This document shows, piece by piece, positions 15,067 to 30,328 of a stretch of DNA of 64,000 nt (position 1 is the first letter of the stretch; each line of letters opens with the position of its first letter). The DNA comes from Eledone cirrhosa (Eukaryota). Under the pieces are notes generated by a model. That model searched no databases. It saw nothing but the letters and a program-made list of their open reading frames with translations, and had not been told where the DNA came from. The position numbers and the translations under genes were made by a program. Location of the stretch: NCBI GenBank assembly GCA_964016885.1, contig OZ024751.1, positions 39,432,001-39,496,000 on the forward strand. Direction: 5' to 3'.

Positions 15067-15256
15067 GGCGGTGAATTGGCAGTATCGGTAGAGGGTCAGA
15101 TGCCATGCTTTCTAGCATAGTTACGTCCCTTTACGGTATGAGTTCAAATCCCGTTGAGGTTAACTTTGCCTTTCATCCTTATGGGGTCGATAAAATAAAG
15201 TACCAGTAATGCACTGGGTAATTGCTGGCCTCGTGCCAAAAGTAGAAACAATTATT
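15067..15256 (+). mobile_element. tRNA-derived SINE with MetaSINE-type central domain
   Basis: A-box/B-box-like head (gagttcaaatccc) and gcctttcatccttatggggtcgataaaataaagtaccag core; other copies at 15650-15835, 17425-17920, 44571-44793, 45998-46167 (-), 50906-51092. Confidence 0.8.
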
Positions 15257-16476
15257 TAGGAAATGATTTGAAATCCACAGACTATTCTTTCATTAGAAAT
15301 ATGGCAATGAAAGGGTTAAGGTGTGTTATATTTATATTTTAAAAAATCAAAGTTATTTGAAAATCTAAAACTGTCTTTTATTAGAAATAGGGTAATGGAA
15401 TGGTTAGAGGGTACTCCTCACCCAACCCAATCGTGTCTCCATTTAATCAGAGCAATATGAACAAGATGCTAGAGAGAAGAAAGAGCAATATTAGAAGGAA
15501 TGAGAGAGTGATGAACATAAGTGGATGAATCAAAGAGTTGTCAAATATTTGCTATTGTTTTTCTTAGTTTTTTTCTTTTTTCCTTTTCCCCCAAAATTGT
15601 TAGCCTTGTGCCTAAAGCAGAAACCATTATGGTCCTTGTGGCCAATAAATGGTGGATTGGCAGTATCAGTAGAGTGTCAGACACCATGCTTAGCAGCATA
15701 GAGTTATGGCTCTTTATGTTCTGAGTTCAAATCCAGCCGAGGTTAACCTTGCCTTTCATCCTTACGGGGTTGATAAAATAAAGTACCAGTAATGCACTGG
15801 GATAATTGCTGGCCTTGTGCCTATATTAGAAATCATTATTATTATTATTATTGTTGTTGTTATTATTTATGAATCTCTAGTAGTACTTAGTAAACTATAT
15901 CAACAGATGAACATATTATCACTAGAAAATTACTGTAAAACTAACAGGAAGAAAGCAAAAATAGGAAAAATACAAAATAAGCAAATAAATAAACAAACAA
16001 AAATAACCACAAAAAATAAAAATAGAATAAGCAAAACACACACACAAACACAAACACACATACAAATACACACACATACACAGAACCTAGAGACATTTCA
16101 GATAAGGAAAGAAAAAATAATCTTTGAAAACAGTCTTCGCCTCCCAAGATATCTCCAAATAAGATTTTTGTTAAGAAAAGAAAAAATAATAATAATAATA
16201 ATAATAACAATGATGATAATAATGATAATAATGATGATAAAATAATTAACAAAAATTATAATACAAAGAATTTAAAAATTAATAAAAACATGATAATAAG
16301 TGTTTCTACTTTTGGCACAAGGCCAGCAATTACTCAGTGCATTACTGGTACAAATATAAATATATAGTAACATATATACTACTAATAATTCCAACGGTAG
16401 AAGTAGTAGTGATAATGATGATGACGATGATAAGAAGAAGATTATGGTTATTTAGCAATAAAATATATATATATAT

Positions 16477-16760
16477 TTAAAGGTTAAACAAGGTTCAATG
16501 AATAAATCAAAGAATGAGTTTTACAATAGATTGGAAGCACTCAACAAGTTGGTTTTCCGGAGTTATTTATATTAATTCAAAATATTAACAAAATAGATAT
16601 TCTTGTGATCAAGTATATTTTATTATACATATTTCAGAGGTACTGCATCATCTTATTTTATCTGATGAGGACGTACTGTTGAAGTTAACTCATTACCTCT
16701 GAAATATGTATAATAAAATATACTTGATCACAAGAATATCTATTTTGTTAATATTTTGAA

Positions 16761-16768
<8 letters not shown>
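16477..16768. mobile_element. Fold-back Penelope-like element (perfect 75-bp arms + tail)
   Basis: Arms 16568-16642 / 16694-16768 are exact reverse complements; tail 16477-16567 with ACTC..GAGTGCTT on minus; TA tracts both sides. Confidence 0.8.
16654..16720 (+). ncRNA. Type I hammerhead ribozyme (imperfect stem II)
   Basis: Stem I UAUUUUAU/AUAAAAUA; CUGAUGA 16662-16668; GAAA 16701-16704; UAUGUA then UA site; stem II pairs weakly. Confidence 0.65.
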
Positions 16769-16800
<32 letters not shown>

Positions 16801-17424
16801 TAAATTTAGTCCTTCATCAGTGATCTTCTAGCCTTCATTGGTATTTCATCGCTTTAAAGACCATATACCTCTGGTTGGCACGAGCAACGGCTAAAGAAAG
16901 TCGTTGGGACACGTAAATAGGGGGAACGAGTGAGACAGTAAACAAACAAAGATGGTAATGCAACGAAAAGTGAGGAAGAAGGAGTCAAGTCCCTGAAATC
17001 GATGAACTTAAGTTCTGTGAAATCGTGGACGAGAGAGAATAAAGACCATCCAACCTGGTCGAAGTGTGAGTGAGGAAAGAATCTCACACAGGTCAAACGG
17101 GAGGAAGTAGGAGAGGGAGTAGCAGAGAGTGAGTGAGTGAAAGTGTGAGGAAGAGGCTAACAGAGAGAGTGACTGGTAGAGGGGGTAAAAGGAAGTGAGA
17201 GATACAGAGAAAAGGGCAAGCAGTAAGAAAGAAACGGACGAGTCACAGCATATATATATATTCTAAAATTCTTGGTAAATGGTGAATTCCTCTTAAATAC
17301 ATTTGCTTCTCCATACCATAACTGAACTCTATGCCGGAACCAGGTTCATAGTTTGAATGTTAATAATTATTTCTGCCCCCTCCCTCTCACTCTTCCTCCT
17401 CCTTCTTCTTCTTCTTCTTATAGA

Positions 17425-17920
17425 GTTACCGTTCTTTATGTTATGTGTTCAAATCCAGCCGAGGTTTCTTTGCATTTCATTCTTAAAGGGTCGATAAAAT
17501 GAAGTACCAGTAACGAACTGGGGTAATTATAATCGACTTTCCCCTCCCCCAAAATTGTTGACCTTGTGTCTAAATGAGAAGCCAGTAATATAGAGTTACA
17601 GCCCTTTATGTTGTGAATTCAAATGTTGTCAAGGTTAGCTTTGCCCTTCATCCTTATGGGGTCGATAAAATAAAATAAATTACCAGTAATAAACTGGGGT
17701 CGATATAACACCCCACCTTCACCCACCCGCGCTAAAATTATGGACCTTCTGCCTAATCCAGAAACCAACATTATTATGAGTATTATTGAGGTTAGCTTTC
17801 TCTTTCATCTTTACGGAGTCATCAATAAAATAAAGCACCAGTAATGCGCTGGGGTCAATTTAATCAACTTTCCCCTCCCCCAAAATTGCTGGCCTTGTGT
17901 CTAGATCAGAAACCTTTATT
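17425..17920 (+). mobile_element. Three tandem partial MetaSINE-type copies
   Basis: Core gcctttcatcc..gtcgataaaa..gtaccagtaa repeated three times. Confidence 0.75.
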
Positions 17921-18203
17921 AATATTATCACTATTATTAGTAATAGTATTAGTATTATTGCTTTATGTTTCTAGTATTCTATTTTTTATTTAATCTTTCA
18001 TATTCATTTTTTGCTCATATCTAGAATGTTGTTTCTGTTTTCAACAAATAGCAAAACCAATGTAATTTTGGCCCTTAGATCACAATACGTGCTTTGCTTC
18101 TTGTTAATATATATAGATATATATATATGTTTATTCATATATATATATGATATAAATATATATATATATGATATAAATATATATATGATATATATATATA
18201 TAT

Positions 18204-18252
<49 letters not shown>

Positions 18253-18646
18253 ATACATATATACATAGATATGTATATATGTGGTATTTTTAAAACTTTT
18301 TTCCCCCACTTTACTTTTGAGAAACTCGGCTGGAATTATCTGTCAGAAGATTCTAGAAGGTCATAGGTAAGCCCCCACCCTCCACCAACAAGAAATGGTA
18401 AAAAAATGGAAGCAAGAAAGAAGTAAATGAAGAATAATGATGTGGTCCTACCACTAAGTTGAGCTTTCCACTGTGAAATGCCCCAACCTCTCTAAAATAC
18501 CAAACATCTTTTGATATGAGTGTGTGTAGAAGTGTGTCTGTGAGGGTTATTTTGGGGGGTGGAGGCCAGGATGTGTGTCCATATCTGTTTATGTTAGTGT
18601 TTAACAGTAAAATTATGTCAAATGCAAAAAAATTCTCTCTCTCTAT

Positions 18647-18700
<54 letters not shown>

Positions 18701-19029
18701 GTGTGTGTGTATAGTGTAGGTAGTATGATGAATTACTGGTGTTGGTACCAAATCAAGCACTCTATGCACAGGCAGAGTGTATATAACAGAAAAAACGAGG
18801 AAGTTTTGTTTACATATGAAAAATATTTATTGCATATATATATATAAGGAAAAGAATCTGAAAATGCTACAGGAGTCTTTTAAGAATATTTATTTACTTT
18901 ACCGGTTTCACAGTTTTTATAATTACCAAAGGTTTATGATTATCAAAGGTTTATGATTATCAAAGGAGTTGGAGGGTTTGTGTTTCTGTTGTGGTTATAT
19001 ATATCATCATCATCACAATTTAACGTCCA

Positions 19030-19228
19030 AAACCGAATAACTTCGCACTTGGCGGCAGCGTTCGACGAGAGCTCCATTCTCAATGGCTGCCAAGCCAAGA
19101 TTGAGCATCCCAGCATGCTTGTTTGGGAGTGAAGGAAGCACCAATCACAACAGTGTTGCCAACAGCCATACAAACAGTTTCTCTGCGTCCCCATCGTTTT
19201 GGAGACCTTACTTTTCGGATTGCCCTTG
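19030..19228 (-). mobile_element. Mariner-type transposon 5' fragment
   Basis: Minus strand starts TA-caagggcaatccgaaaagtaagg (mariner-like TIR), then MELSSNAAAKCEVIRF resembling a mariner transposase N-terminus. Confidence 0.65.
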
Positions 19229-19486
19229 TATCAACCTGGAGCAATGTATGGTATCACATGTCCTTGCTATATAACCTTAATATATTCTGTTAGAATAATA
19301 AAACTGCCCTTTACATGGAGATAGATGTATTTACTGAGGACATAAGACATGAAGTAGTGATTAGGGAGATGTGATGAATAATGTTGCATAAATATGAATA
19401 TATATACACACAAACATATATATATATATCATTATCATCATTTTACGTCCGCTTTTCCATGCTTGCATATATATATATATATATAT

Positions 19487-19888
19487 ATATTTATTAAAAT
19501 AACAGATTAAAGTTTAAGCAAAGAATCGTTGCTTTCACCCTTAACGGGATCTTCTGAAACTAACAAAGTCAATCTGTAAACGCAGAAGTGAATATTTCAA
19601 AAAACGTTGCAACCGGAGGAAGACAGGAAGACGATACTTTGGTTCGTGGAAACGTTCCTTTCACAAAACATACAGGTAATATATACATGGATATTTTACG
19701 TCTTGATGTGGTAGCTAAGTATATGTTATCTTTATACCATTACTTATTTGCATAGGTAAGTATATATTCTTTGCTTAAACTTTAATCTGTTATTTTAATA
19801 AATATTTGCTCTACGGTTCTTATATATTTGATATATATTTACCCTTATCGAGCCCTCTTTGGATTTTAGTCTTCAAATTTATTATTAT

Positions 19889-19892
<4 letters not shown>
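19487..19892 (+). mobile_element. Fold-back Penelope-like element, family H2
   Basis: 40-bp arms 19487-19526 / 19766-19805 plus tail to 19892; sister copy 42007-42310, solo tail 58463-58550 (-). Confidence 0.7.
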
Positions 19893-19972
<80 letters not shown>

Positions 19973-20074
19973 GTTTCATATGTATATGTGAGTATGTGCT
20001 TATATATATGTGTGTGTGTATGTATATTCACACACACATATACATAAATATGTATCTCTCTCTTTCTCGACACA

Positions 20075-20142
<68 letters not shown>

Positions 20143-20324
20143 GTATATGTGGTTGGTGTTAGGAAGGGCATCCAGCTGTAGAAAACCTCCCAGATAGTCC
20201 TATATGAGCGAGACACAGTCAGCCGACCAGCCTTGCCTCAAGTGAGACAACTCTCGTCTAACCCATGCTAGCGTGGAAAATGGACGTTAAACGAAGATGA
20301 TGATGATGATATATATATATATAT

Positions 20325-20369
<45 letters not shown>

Positions 20370-20980
20370 TATATATATATACATACACATATATATATAC
20401 ATATATATATATACATATATATATACACACACACATATATGTGCATATATTGCATATATACACACATACACAGCATACAGAGACCCAGACTCTAATGGAG
20501 ATTTCATAAGAAATATTATATTACATTTTTATATATTTTACTGTCTATATCCATGTTGTATCAACAACAAACTACACTTCAGCAATAAGTTCCAAGAAAC
20601 ATGTTTCAAGATTCCCAGCTGGAATATCTTCATTTGTTTCTTCATTTGTTTCTTCTTTTTCCTTCCTTTTTTTTCTTTTTGTCCCCGTCTACATATTTCT
20701 TATATGAATGGCGCCCAAAGGATATAAGCATAAATCTCACATACATTTTTCTTACTATTTCTTTATACAGCAGGAGAGATATAATATATAAGATATATAT
20801 ATAAAAAAAAATAATTCAGTCCTTGTAGTTTCATGAGAAACAACTATATGAAATATTGCCTCGCCAAACTACCATTCATTCTCTTCAGGGATATATCTGT
20901 TGTTATTGAGGTTGCAAATATATATATATGCCCCAGCATGGCCTCAGCCGCATGGCTGGAACAGGTAAAACAGTAAAAGA

Positions 20981-21016
<36 letters not shown>

Positions 21017-21018
<2 letters not shown>

Positions 21019-21173
21019 CGAAGGAAATGTGGTAAGGGACCAGGTGGACCCTAACGCACCAAAGTACTCAATACTTAGGGTAGTAGAGTGCTAACTTAGG
21101 GTAGTAGACGGCTAATTCTGGACGAATTAGCCGTCGAAACGGCTTGAGCTCAGCCGTCGGGGTCCTACTCATT

Positions 21174-21178
<5 letters not shown>
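21017..21178. mobile_element. Family H1 fold-back element with internal deletion
   Basis: H1 tail (minus) joined to gacggctaattc-tggac-gaattagccgtc-GAAA-cggct..agccg-TC. Confidence 0.7.
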
Positions 21179-21228
<50 letters not shown>

Positions 21229-21733
21229 ACAGAAATTTGAAGAAGACTGTGTAAGACCTGGGCAGATGTGGTGAGATCTGATGCTGATCCCTAAATGCTG
21301 AAACTCCTCAGAGAGGAGATAACGAAGGAACATAACATGTGGAAGGAAGCTGTGCTGGAAAAGACTCACCCAACATGGGTGAGCATGGAAAAAAATTGAA
21401 TGGAAAATGATGATGATGATGATGATGATAGTCATAATGATGATGGTGGTGATGGTGATGATGGTGATGGTGATGGTAGTGATGGAGATGATGGTGGTAA
21501 TGGTGATGGTAGTGATGATGGTGATGGTAGTGATGGTAGTGATGGTAGTGATGGAGATGATGGTGATGGTGATGATGGGGATGGTAGTGATGATGGTGAT
21601 GGTGGTGATGGTGGTAGGCAGTAAGGAGATAAAATAAGGGTATAAAACATATAGAGGTGAGGAAACAAGGGAACTACCAAGAAAATATACTTAAATACAG
21701 TGAAATAAGGCACTCCAACATACACACACACAC

Positions 21734-22231
<498 letters not shown>

Positions 22232-24208
22232 AAGAAGAAGAAGAAGAAGAAGAAGAAAGAAAGAAAGAAGGAAAGAAGCCTTGTTGAATGAACGAGGAGG
22301 AGGAGAGCGCCATTTATCCAATGTTGTTTATCAGGGGCTGTTGTGACATCTTGTCGCATTAATTAGTACTAACGAAGATGTGTAATTAGTGTGCAGATCT
22401 CTGCAAACTTGCCAACTGTCTCTAATTTCTCAAAGAGAAGTAGTTATTTGCAAAACATTGTGCAAACTGGTCAGGTTTACAGCTTTGAGGAGCCACATTC
22501 AACTGAAATGAGCAATCATAAATTGCTCCAACATGGCTGCATGGGGAGGACGGGAAGAGAAGAGCAGCATAGAAGATATAGAAAAGGAGGAAGATTGATT
22601 ATATAATGATATAATAATAGAGCAAATGGTGGAGGGGGATCTTGATCTATCGGAAGAATGTCTTCTGTACATGAAACACAAAACAAAGTCCAAATATATA
22701 AAACAAGGTTTGTTTAAAGCAAACACATACACAATGTATATATGTATATATTAATATATAAGAGTGTGTGTGTGTTATAATCATCATCGCAATCATCATT
22801 TCCATTTTATGTGTATCTTCCATGCTTGCATTGGTTAGACGGTTTGTCACATTCTGATGGCTGACACGTCAATTGAATGCTTCTTGCTAATAAGATCCAT
22901 TGTCCACCTGGTTTCTACAGATGGATGCACTTCCTAATACCAACCGCCTCATGGAATATACCCGTTGCAGTTTATCATGGCACTGCCACTACCACCAGAC
23001 TGTATATTTATTGAAAATCGAGACCACATTCAAGAGAAAAAAGTTTTTCCATTTTTTCTTTGTTTGTGTGTGAGTGTGAGTGTGGGGGTGTGGGGGTGGG
23101 GGTGAGTGTGTGGGGGGTGGAGTGGGGTGGGGTGAGTGTGTGGGGGTGGGGTGGATATGGGTGGGGGTGGGGTATGGGTGGGGTGAGTGTGGGGGGTATG
23201 GGTGTGTAAGGGTGGGCGTGGGTGTGTAAGTGTGTGTGTGTGTGTGTGAGTGTGTGGGTGTGGGTGGGTATGGGTGTGGGTGGGTGGGTGGGTGAGTGTG
23301 TGGGTGTGTGGGCAAGTGTGTGTGTGGGTGTGGGTGGGTGTGGGTATGGGTGTATGGGTGAGTGTGGGTGGGTGTGGGTGTGTAAGTGTGTGTGTGGGTG
23401 TGTAAGTGTATGTGTGGGTGTGTGTGGGTGGGTGTAAATAGATTTAAAAGAGATGAAGTAAGTGTTACAGCATATATACTAACTCTATTTACATATTACA
23501 ATTGTTTTGATATAAATCAGCTCAGGGTACAATCAAGTTGACAGGGCCCAACTCTTTTTCAACGTATCATCAGATATGTGAGCTTCTATGAGCAAGGACA
23601 CATCTAAACTATATATACACACATACTGAAGTGGGTGTTGTAGATACTAATGTATGTAAAATGATCAATTATTAATTGAAAGTGCACTCAATACATGTGA
23701 GCAAAGTGTAAGATATATATTCTGAAGTAAGTGGTAGGGGAATGACTTTGAAGTTCCAGCAAGTGCATGTTCTGATTGATATATCATCATCATCATCATC
23801 ATCATCATCACCGTTTTACGTCCGTTCTTCCACGCTAGCATGGGTTAGACGGGCTGTCCTGTTGTGGGCAGTGTCTAGTCGGCTGACGATGCCTTGCTCA
23901 TACAGGAACTGATTCTGGCTTGATTTCTACAGCTGGATGCCCTTCCTAAAACCAACCTCATTTACACATAAAATGATGATGATGATGATGATGTGTGTGT
24001 ATGTGTGTATGTCTATATGTCCAACCCATGCAAACTGTAATGATGATGATATATATATACACATATGTATATATATATATATATATATAACAAAGAAAGT
24101 GTGGTAAGGAACCAGGTAGACCATAACGAACCAGAGTACTCAATACTTTGGGTAGTAGAGTGAGTAATAGGAAAGGAGTCAGGTCTTCTGGGATCCTGAC
24201 TCTTTTCC

Positions 24209-24239
<31 letters not shown>

Positions 24240-25099
24240 GTGTGTTTGTGTTTATTTATATATGCATATATGTATATATGTAGTGTGTATATATATATAC
24301 ACATATAAAGAAACAAAGAAGGAAGGAGGGGGTGGACATTTTTTAGTCTTAAATGAGACTTCAGAATAGAATAATTTAATAGATAAACATACTATTCGAA
24401 TGGGTGTTCAACCAAGTGTAAACACCATACATGATTTCATATACACCCCAATGTACATAAATGCTTATTATCATATAAGAAATTAGGACTGAATAAGTAC
24501 GAAGAATTTTGCTGTTGTTTTGTTTTGTTTTATTGTGTTTTTTTGTAAAGCCTTACATTTTTTACATTTTTACACTTGAGTTGTGTGAAAATGCCTAGAA
24601 AGTACCAAAAACAATATATATATATATGTTGATATTGTTTATTATTCCAATGGTTTTGTATTTACATTTTATCCTATACTTCTCCACCATTTTTTTTTTT
24701 TTTTTCATTTATGAGCCACCCACTCCCCTCCTGTCCCCCACCTTCGCCTCCACCATCCTACAACCACTGCTTTAATTTAGTTTTTAGTATTAAAAAAAAC
24801 AACACATTCCCACACATAAAAAAGTAAAGTTTTGAAATATGAAAAAGAAAAAATGAAAAAAATAACGAAAAAAAAAAAGATATATAGTGAAAAATATATA
24901 AGGAATTATTCCAGTTCATTGAAGCATGGATTTTTGGTGAGAGAGAAGGAGGCAAAGAAGGGTAAGAATTAGATAAAATAAATAAATAAAATTTACATGA
25001 ATAGTCTTTCCAGGCATGCAGTAAAAATTAATGGTGGCCCAGACACATATTGAGAGATGTGTGTGTGTCTGTGTGTGTGTAAAGAGAGGGAGATATAGA

Positions 25100-25131
<32 letters not shown>

Positions 25132-25139
25132 AAGAAAGT

Positions 25140-25990
25140 GTGAGAGTGGTAGGAATGGGGTAGAGAGTGTGAGTGAGAAAATGGTCATATAGGGTGTGGA
25201 GAGAGAGAGAGTGGCAATAGGGGGTTGTGGAGAGAGAGTGAGAGAATGACAGTAGGAGTGTGGAGAGAGAGTCAGAGAATGGCAGTAGAGGGGTGTGGGG
25301 AGAGTGAGTGAGTGAGAGAATGGCAGTAGAGAGAGAGAGAGAGAGAGAGAGTGAGAGAATGGCAGTAGAGAGAGAGAGAGAGTGAGAGAGTGACAGTAGA
25401 GCGGATGAAGAGTGAGTGAGAGAGTGCCAGTAGAGGGGTGTGGAGAGTGAGAGAGTGACAGTGGAGGGTGTGGAGAGAGAGTGAGAATGGCAGTAGGGGG
25501 GTGTGGAGAGAGAGTGTGACAGAGTGACAGTAGGGGGTGTGGAGGGAGAGTGAGAGTGTGACAGTAGGGGGTGTGGAGAGAGAGTGAGAGTGTGACAGTA
25601 GGGGGTGTAGAGAGGGAGTGAGAGAGTGACAGTAGGGGGTTTGGAGAGAGAGTGAGAGAGTGACAGTAGGGGGTGTGGAGAAAGAGTGAGAGTGTGACAG
25701 TAGGGGGTGTGGAGAGAGAGTGACAGTAGAGGGTGTGGAGAGAGAGTGAGAGAGTGACAGTAGGGGGTGTGGAGAGAGAGAGTGAGAGAGTGACAGTAGG
25801 GGGTGTGGAGAGAGAGAGTGAGAGAGTGACAGTAGGGGGTGTGGAGAGAGAGAGTGAGAGTGTGACAGTAGGGGGTGTGGAGAGAGAGAGTGAGAGAGTG
25901 ACAGTAGAGTGTGTGGAGAGAGAGAGTGAGAGAGTGACAGTAGAGGGTGTGGAGAGAGAGAGAGAGAGAGAGAATAGCAGTAGGGGGGAG
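25140..25990. repeat. GA-rich ~33-35-bp minisatellite (gagagtgacagtagggggtgtggagagagagtga)
   Basis: Seen directly. Confidence 0.9.
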
Positions 25991-26590
25991 TGTTCCACAA
26001 TTCTGATAGCATGACTGGAACAATTTCTCTGCCATGATCAAAAGAAAGAGGACAACAACAATATTAATATGAGCCAGTCAAACGAGAAGCAACTCAGTCA
26101 GCGTTCCGCACCATAGAGGCACCATGCCTCATTTATGAATATATAGATATAGATAGATAGATATAGATATATATATATAGATATATGGATATATATATAT
26201 ATATGTATATCATACATACATACATACACACAGGCTAATATATAATGTACATATATATATGCCCATGTGTAAATCTATAGTTATACATATACGTGTGAGC
26301 GTGAGTGTGTATAGAAAGAGAGGGAGAGAAAGGAATAGATAGGTAAATATATATATAGATAGATAGGTAAATATATATATATAGATAGATAGGTAAATAA
26401 ATATACAGACAGATAGATAGATAGATAGATAGATTTATAGATAGATAGATAGATAGATATATAGATTTATAGATAGATAGATAGATTGATAGATAGATAT
26501 ATAGATTTATAGATAGATAGATAGATTGATAGATATATATATAGATAGATAGGTAAATATATATATAGATAGATAGATAAATATACAGAC

Positions 26591-26636
<46 letters not shown>

Positions 26637-26638
<2 letters not shown>

Positions 26639-27331
26639 TTCTTTATTAGCCACAAGGGCGCAACAAGAAAGGGGACAATACAAAGACATGCCGGGGATTT
26701 TACATACAGTCGTGTAAAAAATATAAAAACAAACAATTTCAACAATCGAAATCCCCAATGGGGGGGGAGGCGCCACAAATGGGTTGTTTAATACCCCGTC
26801 GATAGAACAACCCTCAACTCGAGGAGCGTGTTGTGCAAGTGCTCCTTTCTTCCTTTTGTTCTCTTCCTCAACCTACAGGCTTATAAACAGAGAAGGCCCA
26901 ATCACTCGGGATAGATAGATAGATAGATAGATAGATAAATATACAGACAGATAGATATATTTCTTTATTAGCCACAGGGGCACAAAAGAAGGGGACAAAT
27001 ACAAAGGGGGAAGTTTACATACAATAAAAACGTGTAAAATGTTATCACAGATGGAATTTAAAAGTTAGTCGATTTTCCCCAATAGAGGGAGACAGTTTAT
27101 ATGGGTAACACAGACCCCCGAAAAAAATGTGCAACCCTCATCTCCAGGAGTACGAAGAGCTTGTACTCCTTTCCTCTCCTCCTCCTTTTCCTCAACCTAC
27201 AGGCTGATATAGAGAGAAGGCCCATTCACTCGGGCCATTCTCGCCACTTTCACCCACCTTTCATAAAACTTGCTGGGGTACAGCACCTCTCTCTCCATCC
27301 TGATTCTTCTTCCAAAGTGGTATTTGAAAAA
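26637..27331 (-). mobile_element. Two tandem 3' fragments of a Tx1/L1-like LINE within (GATA)n
   Basis: 27197-27331 encodes FFKYHFGRRIRMEREVLYPSKFYERWVKVARMARVNGPSLYISL* (R.E...L...F...W as in Tx1-type ORF2 C-termini); both copies end GGCTAATAAAGAAA then (TATC)n. Confidence 0.65.
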
Positions 27332-28839
27332 AAGAATACAGACAGATAGATAGATAGATAAATATACAGACAGATAGATAGATAGATATATTGATGTGTA
27401 CTCCTACACACATATCATCATAGGTTTTACTTTTTGAGGCAGTGTTTTACAAGTGGATACCCTTTCTGACATCAATCTGTTTAGTTAGATTTTACAACAT
27501 GCAAGGATAAAGTGTAGCTGAATGCATATCTGTTTTTATGTAAGTGTGTGTGTGTGTGTGTCATCATCATCATCATCGTTTAACGTCTATCTTCCATGCT
27601 AGCATGGGTTTAGACGGGGTATATATATATATATATCCAGCAAGCGTGGAAGATGGACGTTAAACGATGATGATGATATATATATATATGCAAGCAGGGA
27701 AAAACGGATGTAAAATGATGATGATGATGATGATGATGCTATATATATATATATATATCATCATCATCATCGTTTAACATCCATCTTCCACGCTAACATG
27801 GGTTGAACAGGTTTGTCCCAGTTGAGGCAAGGTTAGTCAGGTGACCATGTCTCACTCATATATCATCATCATCATCATGGTTTTTACTTCCGTTTTTCCA
27901 TTTGCTTCATAGGCCTCATATATTTTATCCTTCACTCAAAGAGAGGATCCTTTTGTTGACAACAAAGATAATAACTCCCTGAACCCTTTTGCACCCTCTT
28001 CTTATTCTAACTATTATACTTTCTCAGGTATTCTCTTTCACTGCTAATTAGGTCAGCTAGGTAAGAGAAACTGTCAAGGATTTATTTCAGGATTTATTTC
28101 ACTCATACTCTTATGACTAGCTACTACTATACATCTGCCACACAGATGATGTAGATTGGATACTACTGTACATCTGCCACACAGATGATGTAGATTCATA
28201 CTTCTGTACATCTGCCACACAGATGATGTGAAACAGTAATCTGCCTGGACAGACAAACTGAACGAGAGATCACAGAGATTAACAACTGCAAGATGAACAG
28301 TGAAACAATGAATTATGATGGCTGAGAGAGACGATAGTTCAATATTTTTTCAATATTTTCATCAGAGATCAAAGTAGCCGAACAAGCCGAACAGTATTCA
28401 GTAGACAAGAGAGATGGACAAGACCGATCAGATCACTAGATCAAAGATATGGACATTGATCACTGTAACGAAGAGAACTAAACAGTTTACGACAGCAAAG
28501 AAAAGAATGAGCAGAAAGAGATGGTGGGAGGGAAAACCAGATGCAGAAACAGTTACAGGATGAAATTAAATATGGTTTGGTGCACAAGACTTTTTCTGGT
28601 TTTTTTTACAACATTTCTACAAAATTCTTGGCTTTAGATTAAGCTGATTTTTCTCGATAATCACAGGAGCAGAAAATGATTTTTAGTAATCAATGATAAT
28701 AGCTTATAGCAACAGTGTAAGGATTTGAGATAATGAAACTGGAGAAAAACTTTTTTAATTCAGTTTCCTGGTCACACCATTGCCATTGATAGTATTTTAG
28801 GAACCAAAAGAATGGAAATTATATATATATATGTTTAAG

Positions 28840-28889
<50 letters not shown>

Positions 28890-29605
28890 CACATATATGT
28901 TTATGTATGTATATGTATATATATTTATTTAAATGAAGAAAAAATATTAATAAAACAAATGAAATCTATGCTTTAGAAGAATAAAATATATATAGAGAGT
29001 GATTTCTTCAAATTGACCCAAATATAAGAAATGTAGTCATCATCTAAGGTGAAGATATGTGGCTTAGTGGTTGGAGCATTGGATTCAGGGTTGTGAGGTT
29101 GTGAGTTCGATTTCTGGACATGGAAGGAAGCTGCTAATGAGAAAGACTACGGAAGATGTAGGCAGAAGTGGTGAAGGTTTCTCTCAAGAGGTTGGACCTA
29201 ATAAAGTAGACCACAAGTGACAAAAACCTATCCAACCCATACAACCATGGACGAGCAGACATAAAAACGATGATGATGAGGAGGAGGGGGCTAATGATGA
29301 GGAAGAGGATGAGGCGGAGGGTGAAGATGATGGTGATGACAATAAAGTAGATTATAATATGTTGATGATGATGATCATGATATCCTCATCATCATGAAGA
29401 TGAGGAAGAGAGTGAAGGCGATGATGATGATGATTGTAAACATGTGTATCCATAATCCACTGAAATGATACATTTTTCTTTTTTCTTTTAATATTTGTAT
29501 TTAGCAAAGGTTGAAGTATTTATAAAACTAAAATAAAATCAAAATAAATTACAGGTAAATTACAGGTAAATCATTGCCAAAATAAAACAAACATTAGGTA
29601 TTTAC

Positions 29606-29683
29606 CTGCATTGGAACTCTTATTTTTGATTTAATTTTCTCACCAGCTTCAGTTTCTTCCTCAATATCTATTTCATCCCATTT
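29606..29683 (-). CDS. COG1: COG1 internal exon C (78 bp; KWDEIDIEEETEAGEKIKSKIRVPMQ)
   Basis: Acceptor tattttcaaag, donor CAG|gtaaat; phase 0/0; close match to the COG1 motif WDELEIQEEAESGSSVTSKIRLPAQ. Confidence 0.92.
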
Positions 29684-29967
29684 CTTTGAAAATATAATAA
29701 TGATAATAATAATAATATTAATAATAACAATGATTTTTAACAAAGATAACAATGCTTTTTAACAATAATAATTTCTTTATTAGCCACACAGGACTCACAT
29801 TAAGAAAACATTAAAGACAGCACAGGATGGTCCAGTGTCTGTGTTTTGTTTTGTTTTATTGTGTATAAAATAATATTTATAACCAGAGACTAAGAAAATA
29901 AACATTTTAAAAAGTTGAACAAATTCCCCCAAAATAAATACCAGTCATAAACTAGTGTTCATATAAT

Positions 29968-30328
29968 GAAATATCTGCCCCTCTCTCCTAAATATCTGCC
30001 CTTCTCCCCTAAATTTCTGCCCCTCTCTCCTATATATCTACCCCTCTCCTCTAAATATCCGCCCCTCTCTCCTAAATTTCTGCCCCTCTCTCTTAAATAT
30101 CTGCCCCTCTCTCCTAAATATCTGCCCCCTCTCCTAAATATTTGCCCCTCTCTCCTAAATTTCTGCCCCTCTCCCCTAAATTTCTGCCCCTCTCTCCTAT
30201 ATATCTGCCCCTCTCACCTAAATATCTGCCCCTCTCTCCTAAATGTTTGGCCCGCTCCCCTAAATTTCTGCCCCTCTCCCCTAAATATCTGCCCCTCTCC
30301 CCTAAATATCTGCCCCTCTCCCCTAAAT
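29968..30328. repeat. 21-bp minisatellite (aaatatctgcccctctctcct), about 17 units
   Basis: Seen directly, 285 bp from COG1 exon C. Confidence 0.95.

Noticed and set aside
16568-16768. Long hairpins as pre-miRNAs or MITEs
   Set aside because: No known mature miRNA recognised; asymmetric tails, variable arms and ribozyme cores fit Penelope-like elements better.
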